Assembly (NCBI RefSeq): GCF_009834535.1
Contig: NC_045698.1
Span: 3,102,001-3,166,000 of the forward strand
Direction of reading: 5' to 3'
Length of the DNA: 64,000 nucleotides
Origin: Camelus ferus
Lineage: Eukaryota
The number at the start of each line of letters is the position of its first letter. Position 1 is the first letter of the stretch. The notes beneath the pieces were generated by a model. It was not told where the DNA came from and did no database searches. It saw only the letters and a list, made by a program, of their open reading frames with translations. Shown here piece after piece: positions 23,396-37,100 of the stretch. Both the position numbers and the translations under genes were made by a program.

Positions 23396-26300
23396 CTCTG
23401 CTGGTACTTACGGCTTATTTTATATTTTGTTTCTCAGGCACAATTCTGAAAACTGGATGACACTGATAGCGGTTGCATTTTTTTTTTCTAAGAGAAACAT
23501 GTCAGGAACTTAACTCTAGAACTTCAAGTGTACCTGCGTGAAAACAAAAAGTTAAGGTAACCATCCAATGGGCTGATTTGCAGTTCAAGCGGGGAACAAT
23601 TTAGCAGTATCTGTGAGTAGCACTGAGTAGGGCCTGAAGAACACTCACTCAGAAATACAAACACACTCATCTGTATTTAGTTTATCCTTTCGGTCGACGT
23701 GTATTTGCTGGACACCTAATGATACTTATGTTTGTTGTCGCTGGTGCCAAACGCTGGGCCACAAACTAGAGAAAGAGGTAAATGCGACCTTCCGTCAAGG
23801 GTCTTGGATTCGTGGAGACAAGGAAGGAAAAACACGCAATGGAGTTTTAGACGTACCTGCAGGAAATCCGTGTGGGGTGCGGAGTAACACGAAATGGGGA
23901 AAAGTCTGTTCCGGCTGAAGTCCAAGGGTGTCTCAGGCACGCCTGGGATGACTGGCTGACCCAGCCCCTCTCCGCAGGGAGGCCCCTCTCTCAGCAGACA
24001 GCGGCTACCTGCCTCGTCAGTTCCTGTAGAAGAAGGTGTTCTGCAAACTGCTAGCAACCTGCTGTGGGGCTCTAACCGAAACACAGCCTCTTAGAACATT
24101 TTCTTCCAGGCTGAGGAAGTTCTAGATTTTAAAAATGAATGCTCACGATGCCATTCAACTGAACAAGTCAGCAATTTTTTTTTCTTCCATTTAAACTGGA
24201 AATGGATTTCATATGTCTTTGTACGTATTGAATCTGCCATACACTAGAACAGTCTTTTCAATGAGTCTTTTAAATTCTCCTGTGGAATGGTTCTCACCAC
24301 CCCTCCCCCCTTAGCCCCTGCATGCTGGTGGGACCCTCCCAGCTCCACCAGCCCATCAGCTGTAATTTCTCTTTCTGGATTCTTCCATTTTGTCCATTGT
24401 GGAAAATGTCAAGCAAGAATCGGACAGTGCAACCATCACATGTAAAATAATCTACCAGCTACAAGTTGAACATTTTGGATTATAAATTTCTTGGGAATGT
24501 TGGCTCCATTCTAAATATACAGCTGGATATGGTTTGTAGCTCAAGTTCAGCAGTAGCTTCAAGTTGTGGACAAATATCCAAAAAGGAGTTCTGACCCACA
24601 GGTCAAGCGTTTTCTCCATTTTCCCCTTCATGTTGTTTCAGGTTATTTGTAGGGAAAGAGCTGAGTAAGCTGAGAATCCTTATAAATGTTTAACTATAGT
24701 TTCACAAAGCCTCGGAAGAGATATAGCATTTCCAATGCCACGTTTACCTGAAGTGGGAATTCAGTTCCTTAGGCGAATGTAAGTCATGTCAGATTATGAC
24801 TTAAGAAAAAAATACTGAACGTTTAAAGGTGCAACTACTTTTAGCTACTAACTCTATGCAGAACTCTGGCTAATCCTAAAGAAAACTTTCATAGAACCCA
24901 CCCCCCCGACCCGGATTCTATGCATGTGATCTGAGATATTAGCACGTTCTGTTGTGACCAGCCCTCAGGACGATCTCTGCCTTCACTTCACGTTAAAGGA
25001 AGACATCACAGCACATCACAGCGCTTTTCTCAGAAGACATCAGGGTCGCTGCCGAGATGTGCAAAATAACCAATTCCCCTCAAACTATGGAGCAGTACCA
25101 GTGCACATACAGACAGCTAAGTGGAAACTTCCATCACTCCTCTTTGGTGACGTCAGCGAAGGCATGGTTTGCAATCAAATGTGGTTCCCAGGAGGGAGAA
25201 GGTGACGTGGGACTCTATGAACATTGCCAGGTATAAAACCAGTGCCCATGATGTCCCTGTGCTGTAAAGAGCTCAAGATTCAACAAAATTAAACAAAATC
25301 TTGCCGAAAGATATGTAAAATGATTGGAATATTGTGCCGATGTAATACGAAATGGGGTGCTTCCATCCTGAATACCAAGAAGAAAAATGCTTTTCATATT
25401 TTAAAAACACAGAAGACAATGCCAGAGCCTAAGCAAAGGCTTCTAATCCATCAAGTTACATAGTATGACACAGTCTCCCTTGTGAGGGCAGAGGTGTAGA
25501 TTAGTATTTCCATGAATATGCTAGTTTTCAAAGGTTTGGCAGAGCTTTTAGTATATTTAATTTGCAATTATTGTTCAAAGTTGGTGTGATTGGGTGATAG
25601 AAGTCTTCAAAATACCTTATTCTTTCAACAAAGCTGTGTGGTTCTCTCCCCACACAGCCTTCTTATTTTTTGGCAGTGACAATGTTTTAAATATAATATA
25701 CAGATCATATGTATTATATATACCATATAATATATATGTATTATATGTATATACTGTGAAGGCATTTGCTTTATGGGTCTATGGAATATGAAACCAACCA
25801 ATTAGCATCAATAATACAGAAAAACATAAGAAATGAAAAGTTTGGTTCCCACTTTTTTTCCAGAAATCCAGACTTCTTATGGTGTTTCAGTCTTATTGGA
25901 AATTAAGGATGCAATTTCTTTTTACAAAATTCATTTTAAAATGTCTTTCTTTCTTAAATGTCTTTATTCTAGAAGAAAATGTCCCTTCTGTGTTCTTCCA
26001 GAGACAAGCAGAAGGATTACAACTGCATCTCCTGTATCTGCAGGGAAGCTCACTTTTGGCTCAGGTGCCTTCCAGGGCTGCAGAGAACACACAGTTTCCA
26101 TCCCAGATACCTACAGCTCCACTGGAATATATAAATATGCAAATACAAACGTAACCATCTGTGCTTTCTGCAGAGGTGCGAGACCTTCAAAACAGAAAGT
26201 GGTCTGGAAGCGGTGTCTTGATTAGGATCATGATACAGGGTCCTTCTCAGCCCTGCACGAGGGGGCTGTACAGAGAGTCAGCTTCCAACATGCAGCTTTA

Positions 26301-29300
26301 CGTTACAATAACCTACGCCATTAAGGTTTAAAATACTGAATTAGACCGTTGTATAGTTTTATACTCTATCATCTTTGATGTTGCAATTTTTAATTGTTCA
26401 AATTTCACATTTTTTAGACACCAGCTTTCCCTATTAGTTTCTTTTTACAAGAAAAAAAATTAAAGCTTCTTTTATCTCTAAAAATACCTTGTTTCAAAAC
26501 TAATATGCTCAATGTAGAGAAAAACTCAGGAGATAACAATGTAAAAGAAAACATATGATGCAGTGAAATATCCCCCAAGTGACCTTTCGGTTAGAAGTAC
26601 ACTTTCAGAATTAGAGGATTTATTCTATTTTAACTCGAAAAAATATATTTTGCCTTCACTTTTATGTCATGAAATAAATAAGCACGTGGCATTTTGGCTC
26701 TGTTTTCATAAAACCCGTAGACGGCATTAATCGCAACCACTACCTACATCTGTGCTCATCTGTTAAAAATACCTGTTTAAAAGTCACTTACGCCGGTACC
26801 CACAGTGAGTCATAACATGTGACCAGAAGAACCAACACAAAGACTGTAAAGTGCGTTTCTGAGTATTTTCTCTGTTCATGATTTCTGCTTTCTTTCACTA
26901 GTTAGTGAGGTTATTTGGAGAATTTACATTCAGGAAACTTTTCCAACCTGTTTTTAAATCGTTGGTTTAAAAATGGAGGGGCAAAGCACAGTATGAATAT
27001 AAATTATTTGTCAACATCTGGTGACAGAGGGCGTGGCCGGCAGAACTGAAAGTCTGCACAAAGAGCAGGCATTGTCCGTGGTGATGAAGTCCTCACATCC
27101 AGGTCCCACGGTGGAGGCGAGAAGTTGCTCGTCTGCTCCGGGGTTACAGCACTTGGTAAAGCCGGGGACAGCTGCACCGATTGTACACAATTAGTCAAGG
27201 TCACACACTGCAAATGGAGGACATTCACCATTTGTCAGGGGAACAATGGGCAGGACCGGAGCCTCCTCCACCGGGCATGACGGAAGGAGGGGCCGCGGAA
27301 GCCGAGCTGACAGGCCTGCCCCTGTTTGTGCTCGCTGGAAGGGGGCAGCCGCTCAGGAGGACTCGAATGCTAGCAGTAGCCAGGCTGACCGATGTCACCA
27401 AGCACAATCTTGTTTTAATCTTGTTTTAACTACCAGAAGCATATGTTCCTTGACACAGCGTCATGCTGGCGACACTCGAAGGAAACAGTAAAAAAAGAAA
27501 CAAGAGAAGGAATGCATTTTCCGTACGTGCTTCGGATTTCACATTTCCTTCCCCCAACGGTATAATCTTTCAAGTTACCAACTGATGCGATGTAATCCTT
27601 TAAATAAAGGGGTCATTACTTTCAAATGAACAGCGGAGCTTGGAATGAGGACAGACAGGTCGCAGAACGAGATGCTGTTGTCTTCATGGCTGCTTAGAAC
27701 AGCGCTTTATTTTCAAGAGGCGAAATTAAATATGGATTTAAATGATCTACTAAAATAAGTAAAAACAAGGGCAGATGTTCAGTGCTGGTAGATCCTTCAG
27801 ATCCACTGCGGAATTCCATTCTACCCAGCAGGCAAGTCTATAGTGCGGTTTTTGAAAGCTAAACTGTCTGCACTAGTTTTAAGGAAAAGAGAATAAGGAC
27901 CTTAGTGTTCCAGTTGAGATCCACAAAAGTTTGAGATGCTAACGTACAAAATGCCTGCACCGTGTCCAGTGGGAAGGAAGGCTGTCCGTTACCTTCCTGT
28001 CTGTCTCCTGTGCTGCTCTTTCCAGGGCGGGGGAGGCTGCTTTAGCCCAAGGAGAGCCAGCTCCAGCCTGGAGTGGGCACCCCCAAAGTACACAGCAGGT
28101 CCAGGGGGCACCTCTTTTCTTCCTTCCCCAAAGCAGCCCTGTGGGAGTGAAAGAGGGGAGGGACAGAGGACGGGGCTGGCGTAAAGGGACTGACCACGGG
28201 GACTGCGTGCCGCCCTGGTTTCTCGTTAGCTCTCTCCCCCATCGCAGTTTCCAGGTGGCATTCTTTCTTTGGACCCTGGACCCTCATTAGTGTCTCATTA
28301 GAGTGTCTTCCCGCATGTTGGATTTATTTCAGTCTGTGCGCTTTGCAACACAATTTCTACCTGCTACAGGAGGGAAAAAATAAGTCAAAGAATTACTTTA
28401 AAACTGAGAAAAATTTAGTCGCACACACACACGCACACACACACACAGCACAGGCACACAAAAATCTGCTAGAAATTTCAAAGCACTTTGCATTTGTAGA
28501 AGGTACCAGAAGACTAAGATGGTTTATGACCTTTCAATTATCTGTCCTTATAATAGGAATTCATGGCCATATTGTGTACAAAGCAATACAATTCTAATTG
28601 GCCTTTTATCACACTTTCATTTTCAAATGAACAAATCTGAATAAGAAGAAACTCCACTACAAAGTCATCCCCCATTACTGCTAGCCGGGTGAGTGAATTG
28701 CACACTGCTCAGAAGTCGGGAAGTTTCCACACGAAGAACGGAACACGGATGCACTCCGGTATGCAGCGCACACAGACACAGGCGCACAGACAAGGAGACG
28801 CCCGCAGAGCGTGGACCCCCTCATCCCGCATCCCAGCTGGGGAACGATGACCAGCTTCTCTGGCAAAGCCCTCACCTCCACGTAAAAAGAAAAAGAGGCA
28901 AGTGTCATCTCCGGTATCAGGACTGTTCCTGCCACGCTCTTTACATCTTCAAGAGTGTCTCCCGTGTCCTCTGAAGGAAATGACGGAATCTGCTGTGTAA
29001 TTTAGGCCGCCACCCAACACAGTCTTGCAAACTTCACTCTCTGAAGTTAACAAAGATAATGACCTGCTAACTTCTTTATTTCTCTATGGCGCAATTTATC
29101 CTTGAGCAGAAGGAACGACCAGTTTTATGTAAGCATGGCTAACAGTGCTCTTTGCATTCTCTCTGGAAAAGCTAATAAGCAATTAAAAATGAAATCTGCT
29201 CTTAAGCGGAGGCGTCACCCACAGTGTCCCCCCTACGTACATGTTCTCTGAATTTAGAGGACGAACTTCCCTGCTCCCGCCCAACAGAACGGCATCCGCG

Positions 29301-29362
29301 GCGGACCCTTTAAGGCAGCTTTGGAGACAAATCCTAGCAAGAAAGTCCGCTGGGCAGCCTTG

Positions 29363-29391
29363 CCGTCACCGTCACCGTCACCGTCACCGTC
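29363..29391 (+). repeat. (CCGTCA)n hexanucleotide microsatellite
   Basis: Four perfect CCGTCA units plus CCGTC. Confidence 0.95.
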
Positions 29392-30237
29392 GCTGCCACC
29401 ACGAGCTACCTGCCAGGAGCGTGCCCGGTAGTTCAGGCCGCGGACGGGACCCGAAAGACGCCGGCTTCCTGTTGTTTCAGTTTCATCTGCAAGTGGAACA
29501 GCCACCACCAACGTGAGGCTATGATTCAGCACGTTTATTACAAAGTCATCACGTCGAGTTATTTTCATTTCAGCCGCTGACACCTTCGGTTAACACGTCT
29601 CTGCAGAGTTAAAAGCAGTCCTGTGTTTACTTCTGATCTTAAATGTGACCAAAATTGACTGAACTAGTATGATGACATTGCATTTGTCATCAAGCATTCA
29701 GCGTTTAAGCCTCAGCCTTTGATAAATGAAGGGTGGTTTCAGGGCCAGAAACGCTTCAGACTGAACTGATTTAACCCTAAGGAGGCAACGGTGCACACGC
29801 AGCCTATGGGCAATCTCCCACTTCCCAGGGGATGGAAGAAATCACCTTCACAAGGGCGTTTACTCTGAATGGAGGGTAGAAAAAGCACATTTCTACTGAA
29901 AACCGAAATAACTTGTGTCCAAATACAGTCTATTTTTTGCCTTTAACTTTCTTGAGTTTAGAAAAGTAAACAGTACCTAATACATCCCTCATAAACTCAC
30001 ACCTCCATACTCTCTGTGGTCAACTTCAGACTTGGCTATAAAGCATCATCAAATAACACAAAGTGCATTAACTAAATAACTCTGGAAAAGGAATATACTG
30101 TGCTTTTCTCTTGTTTCAAAATGTAAAAGTAGCTTAAAATTACCCACCCCGCTTCCTTCAGATACTATGATGTTTCGTAGTCGCCCCAGAAGAAGCAAGT
30201 GGTCATAGGAGAATTGTTTTTGTTTCTGAATTAAAGC

Positions 30238-30360
30238 AATGAGTATATGCATGTTCATGTATAACCAAGAAATTCTGCTCTACACTGGAATTAGACAATA
30301 TTGTAAAATGACTATAACAATAAAAATGTAAAAAATATTAATAAAAATAAATTTTAAAAA
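30238..30360 (+). mobile_element. Short young L1 3' end (camelid-type)
   Basis: ATGAGTATATGCATGTTCATGTATAACCAAGAAATTCTGCTCTACACTGGAATTAGACAATATTGTAAAATGACTATAACAATAAAA followed by an A-rich tail; related to 15845-15962. Confidence 0.75.
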
Positions 30361-32402
30361 ATCTTGTTTTAATTTTTGAAAATAATTAACCCAATTTTCA
30401 CATATTAATTGAAAAACTGAAAATCTAGGAATCTGTAGATAAGCTGTGTGGTTTTAAAATGTCCTTTGTCTCAGAAAGTAACTGTTTTCCACTTTCACGT
30501 ATCTTAACACTAATTATCACCATCCATCCTTTTTTTAAAGACCAGATTTAAGTCGCTTCCCAGGAGGGAATTTTAATAACCACCACAGTGTACCCAGTGG
30601 GAATCCTAGTGACCTAAAATAATTCGTGCACCTCAGAAAAGGCCACAACTGTTCATCAGAGCGCGCAAAGGAAATCTCACAGACTCAGCCCCGCAGCACG
30701 GGATGGCCTCTGCACCGGCAACAGGCCAGTATGGAATCTTCCACCCGTGGGTTTAAATTTAGCTTCCGATGTCTACATTTTTGTGCGTGTGAAGATTAGC
30801 ATGGGAGAGCATCAGTAGACGAGAGCTGACCATGGCTACTTCTGTTTGCTCTACACATATTTTCTTTATGCAAATCACTAACCCACTGCTCATCGTGACT
30901 GAGGCTCCTTGGGTTCACACCCCACAAGCTGAGAAGATGCAGCCCTGATGATGCTGTGGTGAGAGAGGCCGTGTCTGGTTGGATGGTGACATGGCTTCTA
31001 AGAGCCACTGCCTAAACGGTCATAGATGCGCAGGTCTTCACGTGTGTTTGAGGGTTTTGTGTTGCCCTCTGAAGTATACTGAGTGCATTCACTTCCTCGT
31101 TTATTAAATGTTAATAAAGAAAAAGGGTAATCGTTAGTGTTCAGTTTCTACTGAACTTAGATAGGCAAAGAGTTTATTGTCTTCAAGAATCTGAGAACAA
31201 AGAGGGAAATGCTGACTGTGTACAATTTTTCATGAGATTCTGATTCTGAAGGAAGATCTGATATTTTACATTCGGGAGCTCCTAAACTGTTATTGGAATT
31301 ATCTCGGCATCTGACAGTATTGAATTCCGTTTGGAAGTTCAAGCATATGCTCAGTGGGGGCTTCATACATCTAGACAATGGCATTATTAGTGGTTGGACA
31401 AAACTGTTTCTCCCCAGTTGATATTGTGTTTTCTCTTCTTTTCTCTTTTAATTCTGCAAAGACAGTCACTGTGTTTCTTTGCACCATCCTGAATTATTAA
31501 CTGGGGAACTGTTTAAGTATACTTGCGCCAAATTTCTAACAGAAATGTATAAAAGATGCCCAGGAAACTAGTAAGAGGAAAAAAAACTTTTAGTAGAAAT
31601 GGTAATGGGAATACTGACCCCAGGTATAAAGTTTAGCCAAGACCCCTTTTCTGAAACAGCCCTCTGGAGTGGTCCAACAGCTCCCTCTGCCCCTCCGAGG
31701 GGGAAGTATTCATCGCAGCAACCTGCCTCCGTGCCTGCGGGAACTGGGTTTTGTTTCCTTGTTCTAAAGCAGCCCCGTTAGTACAGACCGGGCAGAAACC
31801 AGCGCAGACCTCCCATAAAAACTGCCCAGGTGAAGACTGTCACAAGTTTCTCGTCATTAGCCGGCTTGATGGCTGGCCGGAGGTGACAATTAAAGGCGGG
31901 TATTTTATGGTGTTATTAGTGCACGGAGTCTGAAAGGTGACTCCATTTGTCATGCCTTATTAGCAAAAGCATGGGAAAATATTAAAATCACAGCGAACTC
32001 AGCCTCCCCCCAAATTTCTGCCAAGTGATTTGACTTTCCCACGTTCCTCTTCACCCCACTGCCTTCCAGTTGGAAAGAGAGGGGCCTGGGGGAGGACTGG
32101 CCAGCCCGGGCCAGGAAGAAGCAGGCTGACTCAACGGCAGTGTTATTGCAAACCTTAATGTGCTGGGTGCCTTCTTGAATTCCCGATATTACTCCTGAGG
32201 AAACAGCTAGACTCACGTGATCCAGTGTCTTGTAATTCCACGTCTAGCCTGAGGTGCTGGCGTGGAGACACGGTGTGGTTTTCAACCCCAAGGATGTGGA
32301 TTGAGACACACACCTTGTGTGATTAAAGCTTAGGGGCTTTATCTGTGGGGAGGTGCCTGTGTTCACAAAGGACCTTGCATTTTGCTTATTTAAACAAACA
32401 GA

Positions 32403-32600
32403 ACACACACACACACACACATACACACACACACACACACACATACATACACACATACACACATACATACACACATACACACATACATACACACACATAC
32501 ATACACACATACACACATACATACACACACACATACACACATACATACACACATACATACACACACACACATACATACACACATACACACATACATACAT
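32403..32600 (+). repeat. Compound (CA)n/(CATA)n microsatellite, ~200 bp
   Basis: Directly visible; it explains the HT/YV/CV-repeat ORFs in the track. Confidence 0.98.
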
Positions 32601-33149
32601 AGACCCCAAATAAATAAACTTATTTAATTATCCTTTTTACAATTTCATGTGTCATATTTACCCAAAATAAAAAGAAATCTTATGCTAATTCATTCCACGT
32701 GATGTAATTTTGATATTCATGTCATATTTCCTCAGGAAAAATGATGCAAAGTGGTGACCATCACTAGCTAAAACCATACTTCGCATTTGAAATCCTTCGC
32801 CCTTGATGTGTCTCGCCACTAACCCACCTCGATGTGGTTACCTTTTACTTTGAGTCATTTTCCTGGTACAAGGGGGTATTCATTCACTCACCCATAACTT
32901 CTTTAACAGTATTGAGGACTTACTGTGGTCTGCCTGGGAGCAGTGGGTCTGAGAAGGGCCCCCTTGTCCAGTGCTTACCCAGGGGAGGAGACAGCTGGCC
33001 AAAGTTAGCACAGTATACGTAACAGAGGCACAACACGTATTACACATTATATGAATATTGCATATTATAACAGGGACACAGTCGCAGAACTGCCACTTTA
33101 TTCCCCGGTGCGAGCCCGTCATGGACTTGAATAAAAAACATATATTTTA

Positions 33150-33280
33150 GGGGGGAGGGTATAGCTCAGTGGTAGAGTGCGTGCTTAGCATGCACAAGGT
33201 CCTGGGTTCAATCCTCAATACTTCCCTTAAAAAATTTAAATAAATACATAAATAAATACACCAAATTGCCTCCCCCCAAA
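33150..33280 (+). mobile_element. tRNA-Ala-derived SINE (Vic-1-like, camelid)
   Basis: GGGGAGGGTATAGCTCAGTGGTAGAGTGCGTGCTTAGCATGCACAAGGTCCTGGGTTCAATCC (pol III A and B boxes), (TAAA)n, C-rich end. Imperfect TSD AAAACATATATTTTAG / AAAACGTATATATTCTAG. Confidence 0.92.
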
Positions 33281-33979
33281 ACGTATATATTCTAGTGGCC
33301 TAATGTCTTTATGTGCATGTTTAAGGAGCATTAGCTTTTACATACAAGACAGAAGTATTGCTCTAAGTTAAAACATGTTCTCTCCACTAATACATTCCTC
33401 TCCTTTTCTCTTCCCTGGGCACACACACATCTGCACACACGCACACTCAATGCAACAGTCATTTACCACACTAAAACAGAAACAAATTATTTAGGATCCA
33501 TGCAGTACTAACAAAGAAACAGCCTTGTAAAAGATATGAATTTATTAACACCGCCTCCCCTGAATGTACCTTGATAGAAAATGTAATTAAATCAGCATTT
33601 TTTTACTGCTCACTCAGCATACATTGTTCCTGGCTCTGCAAGACAGGTGCAGTGCATTGTTTATGCCTGTGAAGACAATAAACTTCCAGGCTGAAATCTT
33701 TTTTTCTAATCTACAAGGGATCTCTGTGCCCAAACCCTGGCAGACGGAGGCAGAACGTTGAACAGCTTCATCCCCTCATGGCCCAGAGATTCTCACGGTG
33801 CCCACGGCCGGCCCACTGTGCACCAGAAACACAGGGAGCCAAGAGCTGCCGGCGAAGGGTTTTGACCAGTCACTAGTCATCCGCGGTCTAGTGTTTCACA
33901 CCAGATAAATCCCACTAAGTGCGAGGCCGAAGGCCAGGTGGCCTCGTGCCCAGTCCCTCGGCCTCCCAGCCTCTGGACG

Positions 33980-34322
33980 CTTGTGCCCAGTGCCCTGTGG
34001 CTGCTGTAACAAGTGCTGTGGACGAGGTGGCCTCAGCAGCAGACGTGCATTTCTCCACGTGTAGAGCCGGGGAGACCCTGATCGAGGTGGGTTGGTGGGA
34101 GGTGAGGGCCCGCTTCCCAGCTTGCCGGCGGCTGCCTCCTCCCTCTGCTCTCACATGGCAGGCGCTCCAGGATACAAGGGCACTGCCCCGTCACGGGGCC
34201 CCGCTCTCATGACCTCAGCTGAACCTAGTCCCCTCCCAAAGGCCCCACATCCGAACGCCAGCAAACTGGGGGCTAAGGTCTCTGGGTGTGAATTTGGGGA
34301 GAAGACACTCAACCCATAATAA
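33980..34322 (-). mobile_element. MaLR LTR (MLT1A-like), GC-shifted
   Basis: GGCTGCTGTAACAA...GGTGAGGGCCCGCTTCC...CTCACATGGCAG...CTCATGACCTCA...CTCCCAAAGGCCCCAC...TGAATTTGGGGAGAAGACA. Confidence 0.85.
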
Positions 34323-34680
34323 GCACTGTAACATTTTTACTCTACTACCCCTGAAGTTCACCTCTTCTAGAATCATAGGCTGTCTCAAAATCCAGTGGCT
34401 TCGTTTTGAAAGATTCTTACAAAGGGAAATAAAATAAAATAAACCAAACCACACTGAACCAAACAAAAGGAGACCAAGCTTAGATGTCCCCATGACACCC
34501 TCCAGCCCCATGACCTCAGGGAGGCAGGGCCCTGCCAAGGGCTCGCCCAGTGACCCTTGCTGTCATTTTGTGACATCTTGGAAGAACCACAGCATCTCCT
34601 GGCCAGACCCTTTCTCCTAACCTCGTAACTTCATGCTCCATCAGATGACCAGGAACTTCATCATTCTCCCTCTCTCTCTC

Positions 34681-35128
34681 TTTTTTTAAACTGCAGTAGA
34701 GTTGATTTACTACGTTGTGTTAGTTTCTGGTGTACATTACAGTGATTCATTTATGTATAGATATATACGTATTATTTTCCATTATGATTTACTGACAGGA
34801 TATTGAATTTAGTTCCCTGTGTTGTACAGCAGGACTTTGTTTATCTATTGTATACGTAGTAGTGTGTGTCTGTTAATCCCAAACTCGTAATTTATCCTCC
34901 CCATCCCTTCCCCCTTTGGTAACCATAAATTTGTTTTCTGTGTCTGTGAGTCTGCTTCTGGTGGTAAATAAGTTTATTTGTATCATTTTTGTCGATTGCA
35001 CAAATAAGTGATGTCATATGATAATTGTCTTTGTCTGACTCACTTCACTTCATATGATAATCTCTGGGTCCAACCATGTTGCTGCAAATGGCAGAATTTC
35101 ATCATTTTTTATGGCTGAATAGTGTTCC

Positions 35129-35165
<37 letters not shown>

Positions 35166-35385
35166 TTAGGCTTTTGGGGGGAGGTAATTAGGTTTGTTTG
35201 TTTGTTTATTGTTAAAGGCGGTACTGGGGATTGAACCCAGGACCTTGTGCAGGCTAAGCACGCACTGTACCACTGAGCTATACCTTCTCTCCCGTTGTGT
35301 ATATATGTGCACACTACATCTTCTTTATCCAGTCATCTGTCGTCCATCGTTGGACATTTAGGTTGCTTCTATGTCTTGGCTGTCT
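34681..35385 (-). mobile_element. L1 3' end (artiodactyl-type) interrupted by a SINE
   Basis: AGTTGATTTAC...GTGTTAGTTTCTGGTGTACA, CCCCTTTGGTAACCATAAATTTGTTTTCT, CATGTTGCTGCAAATGGCA, TGGACATTTAGGTTGCTTC. Confidence 0.9.
35172..35293 (-). mobile_element. tRNA-Ala-derived SINE (Vic-1-like) nested in L1
   Basis: Minus strand GGTATAGCTCAGTGGTACAGTGCGTGCTTAGCCTGCACAAGGTCCTGGGTTCAATCCCCAGTACC...AAACAAAC CTAATTACCTCCCCCC. Confidence 0.92.
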
Positions 35386-36824
35386 TGGAAGCTTAACTTC
35401 AAATCCTAATTCTTCTACAGACTTCAAGAAATTCCTGTATTCTTGGCTGTGCTGGTGTCGTGGAGGCACCCCCGTGTCAGCGCCCTGAATGGACGAGCAG
35501 TGAAGGGGGTCAACCTGACCTGTGTGGCACTGCCCTGCTTCCAGCTGAGCCCCTGACCACACAGGCCTCTGGGGCAGAAGGTGGATGGACTGTGAGGCCG
35601 AGCCAGCCTGCGGCTGTCTGCCTGGCGGAAGGGAGAGACAGAGCAGACTTCTGTGGGAGGTGGGGACTCAGGTTTCCCTGGAGACATGGAGAGTGGCAGG
35701 GGTGTGCCAACCTCCAGTTCAGTGGAGATGACATGATCCCACCAGCCCATCATCACATTAAAATGCCTTGAACCTGAACACATTTGAAGGTGGGCTCTCG
35801 GCACAGAAAGGGGGATTTTGCCCGCACGAGGAGCCCACATGGCTGGTCTACGTGGCAAGTCTGGTCCGGGAGCTTCTATCCCCAGGGCCTCTCCGTGGGG
35901 CTGGCAGGGCCCAGACCCGAGGCACATGACCCAGACACCGCAGCTCCGACGCAGATGAGCTGCTAACAAGGGGTCTCTTCTAGATTCTAAAGCAAAACGT
36001 CCTGGCTGGCTCAGGACTAACCAAGGATTTGGCATGAAAATAAAAGGGCGCCAATAATACATAAGGCACTCTTTTGTGAAAACCTTCATTCTCCCAATGC
36101 CATGTTCTTCCCCCAGTTCTTCCCTGATCTCCTTGCAGACCAGGAGCGACCAGGGCCAGTCAGTGACACCCTGACGGGGGCTCCTCTGGCTTCCTGGCCT
36201 GTGGAACCTGGAAATGGTGCTCAGGGCCATGTGTCCACACCCAGGGCCCAGGGCTTGTTTCTCTCCTGGCGGACTTACCATTATGAGCAAGGCTCACAGG
36301 GACCTTGTTTGGGATAAGCCCCCAGCTTGGCTTTTCTTGCAGGCTCGAACAGTCTTTGGGAAAATTCTAACCTTTCATCAGAAGACTCATTCCCAACAGG
36401 CTAATGAAACTGTTAGTCTGAGACCAGAGATGCATCCTCGGTGAAGACACAGCTTGGGTCACCATGTGTGCAGAGGATCAGGGGGCTGACCTGGGGAGGG
36501 AGGATGGGGGAAGGGGCAGCAAAACGAGACCTCCAGTGACGTTGCTCTGCAGACAGTGTCCTCTGGGAAGCTGGGTGGGGTCCAAACACCCAGCAGTGGG
36601 GCAGGTGACCAGGACTGGGATCATGGTTCCTGCAAGCGGGCAATTCTCAGCACCATGGGGAGAAGGAGCAGAGAAGTGGAGACAGCAAATGAGCCCAAGC
36701 TCCGGATCCTAGGCTGTACTCACTCTCCAGGAGAAAGAGGAGAGAAGGAGAAGGAGGAGGAAGAGGAGAAGAAAGAGACAAGTGAAAGCAGATGGAATCT
36801 ACATAAAGAAAAGCTTGTCTATGA

Positions 36825-37100
36825 TAACAAAAATACACACTGTATGACTCAATCCATGTGATACCCAAGAATGGGCCAAACTCACTTAGGCCAGTGAAAG
36901 TCAGACCGGGGACCCCTGAAGAGGAGGGTTGATTGGAAAGGGCACCAGCGAACTTTCTGGATGGTGAAACCGTCAAACATCGTACTTGGTGGTGGTTACT
37001 AGAGCGTGCAATTGTCCAAATTCATTGACCTGAACAAACACCTAAGGTCTGTGCATTTTACTGTATGTAAATTATGCCTCAATAAGGATAACAATAATAA
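36825..37100 (+). mobile_element. Ancient L1 3' end (L1MD/ME-like)
   Basis: ATACACACTGTATGA, GATTGGAAAGGGCA...ACTTTCTGG, TGTGCATTTTACTGTATGTAAATTATGCCTCAATAA. Confidence 0.85.

Noticed and set aside
32244..32613. His/Thr- and Cys/Val-rich ORFs
   Set aside because: Translations of the CA/CATA microsatellite.
33150..33230. Functional tRNA-Ala genes (also 35218-35293 and 53411-53485)
   Set aside because: Acceptor stems are imperfect, and each has a SINE tail and target-site duplication.
35424..36290. 288-aa minus-strand ORF (longest in the window)
   Set aside because: No recognisable domain; P/G/S/R-rich composition expected by chance in GC-rich DNA; no exon signals supporting it.
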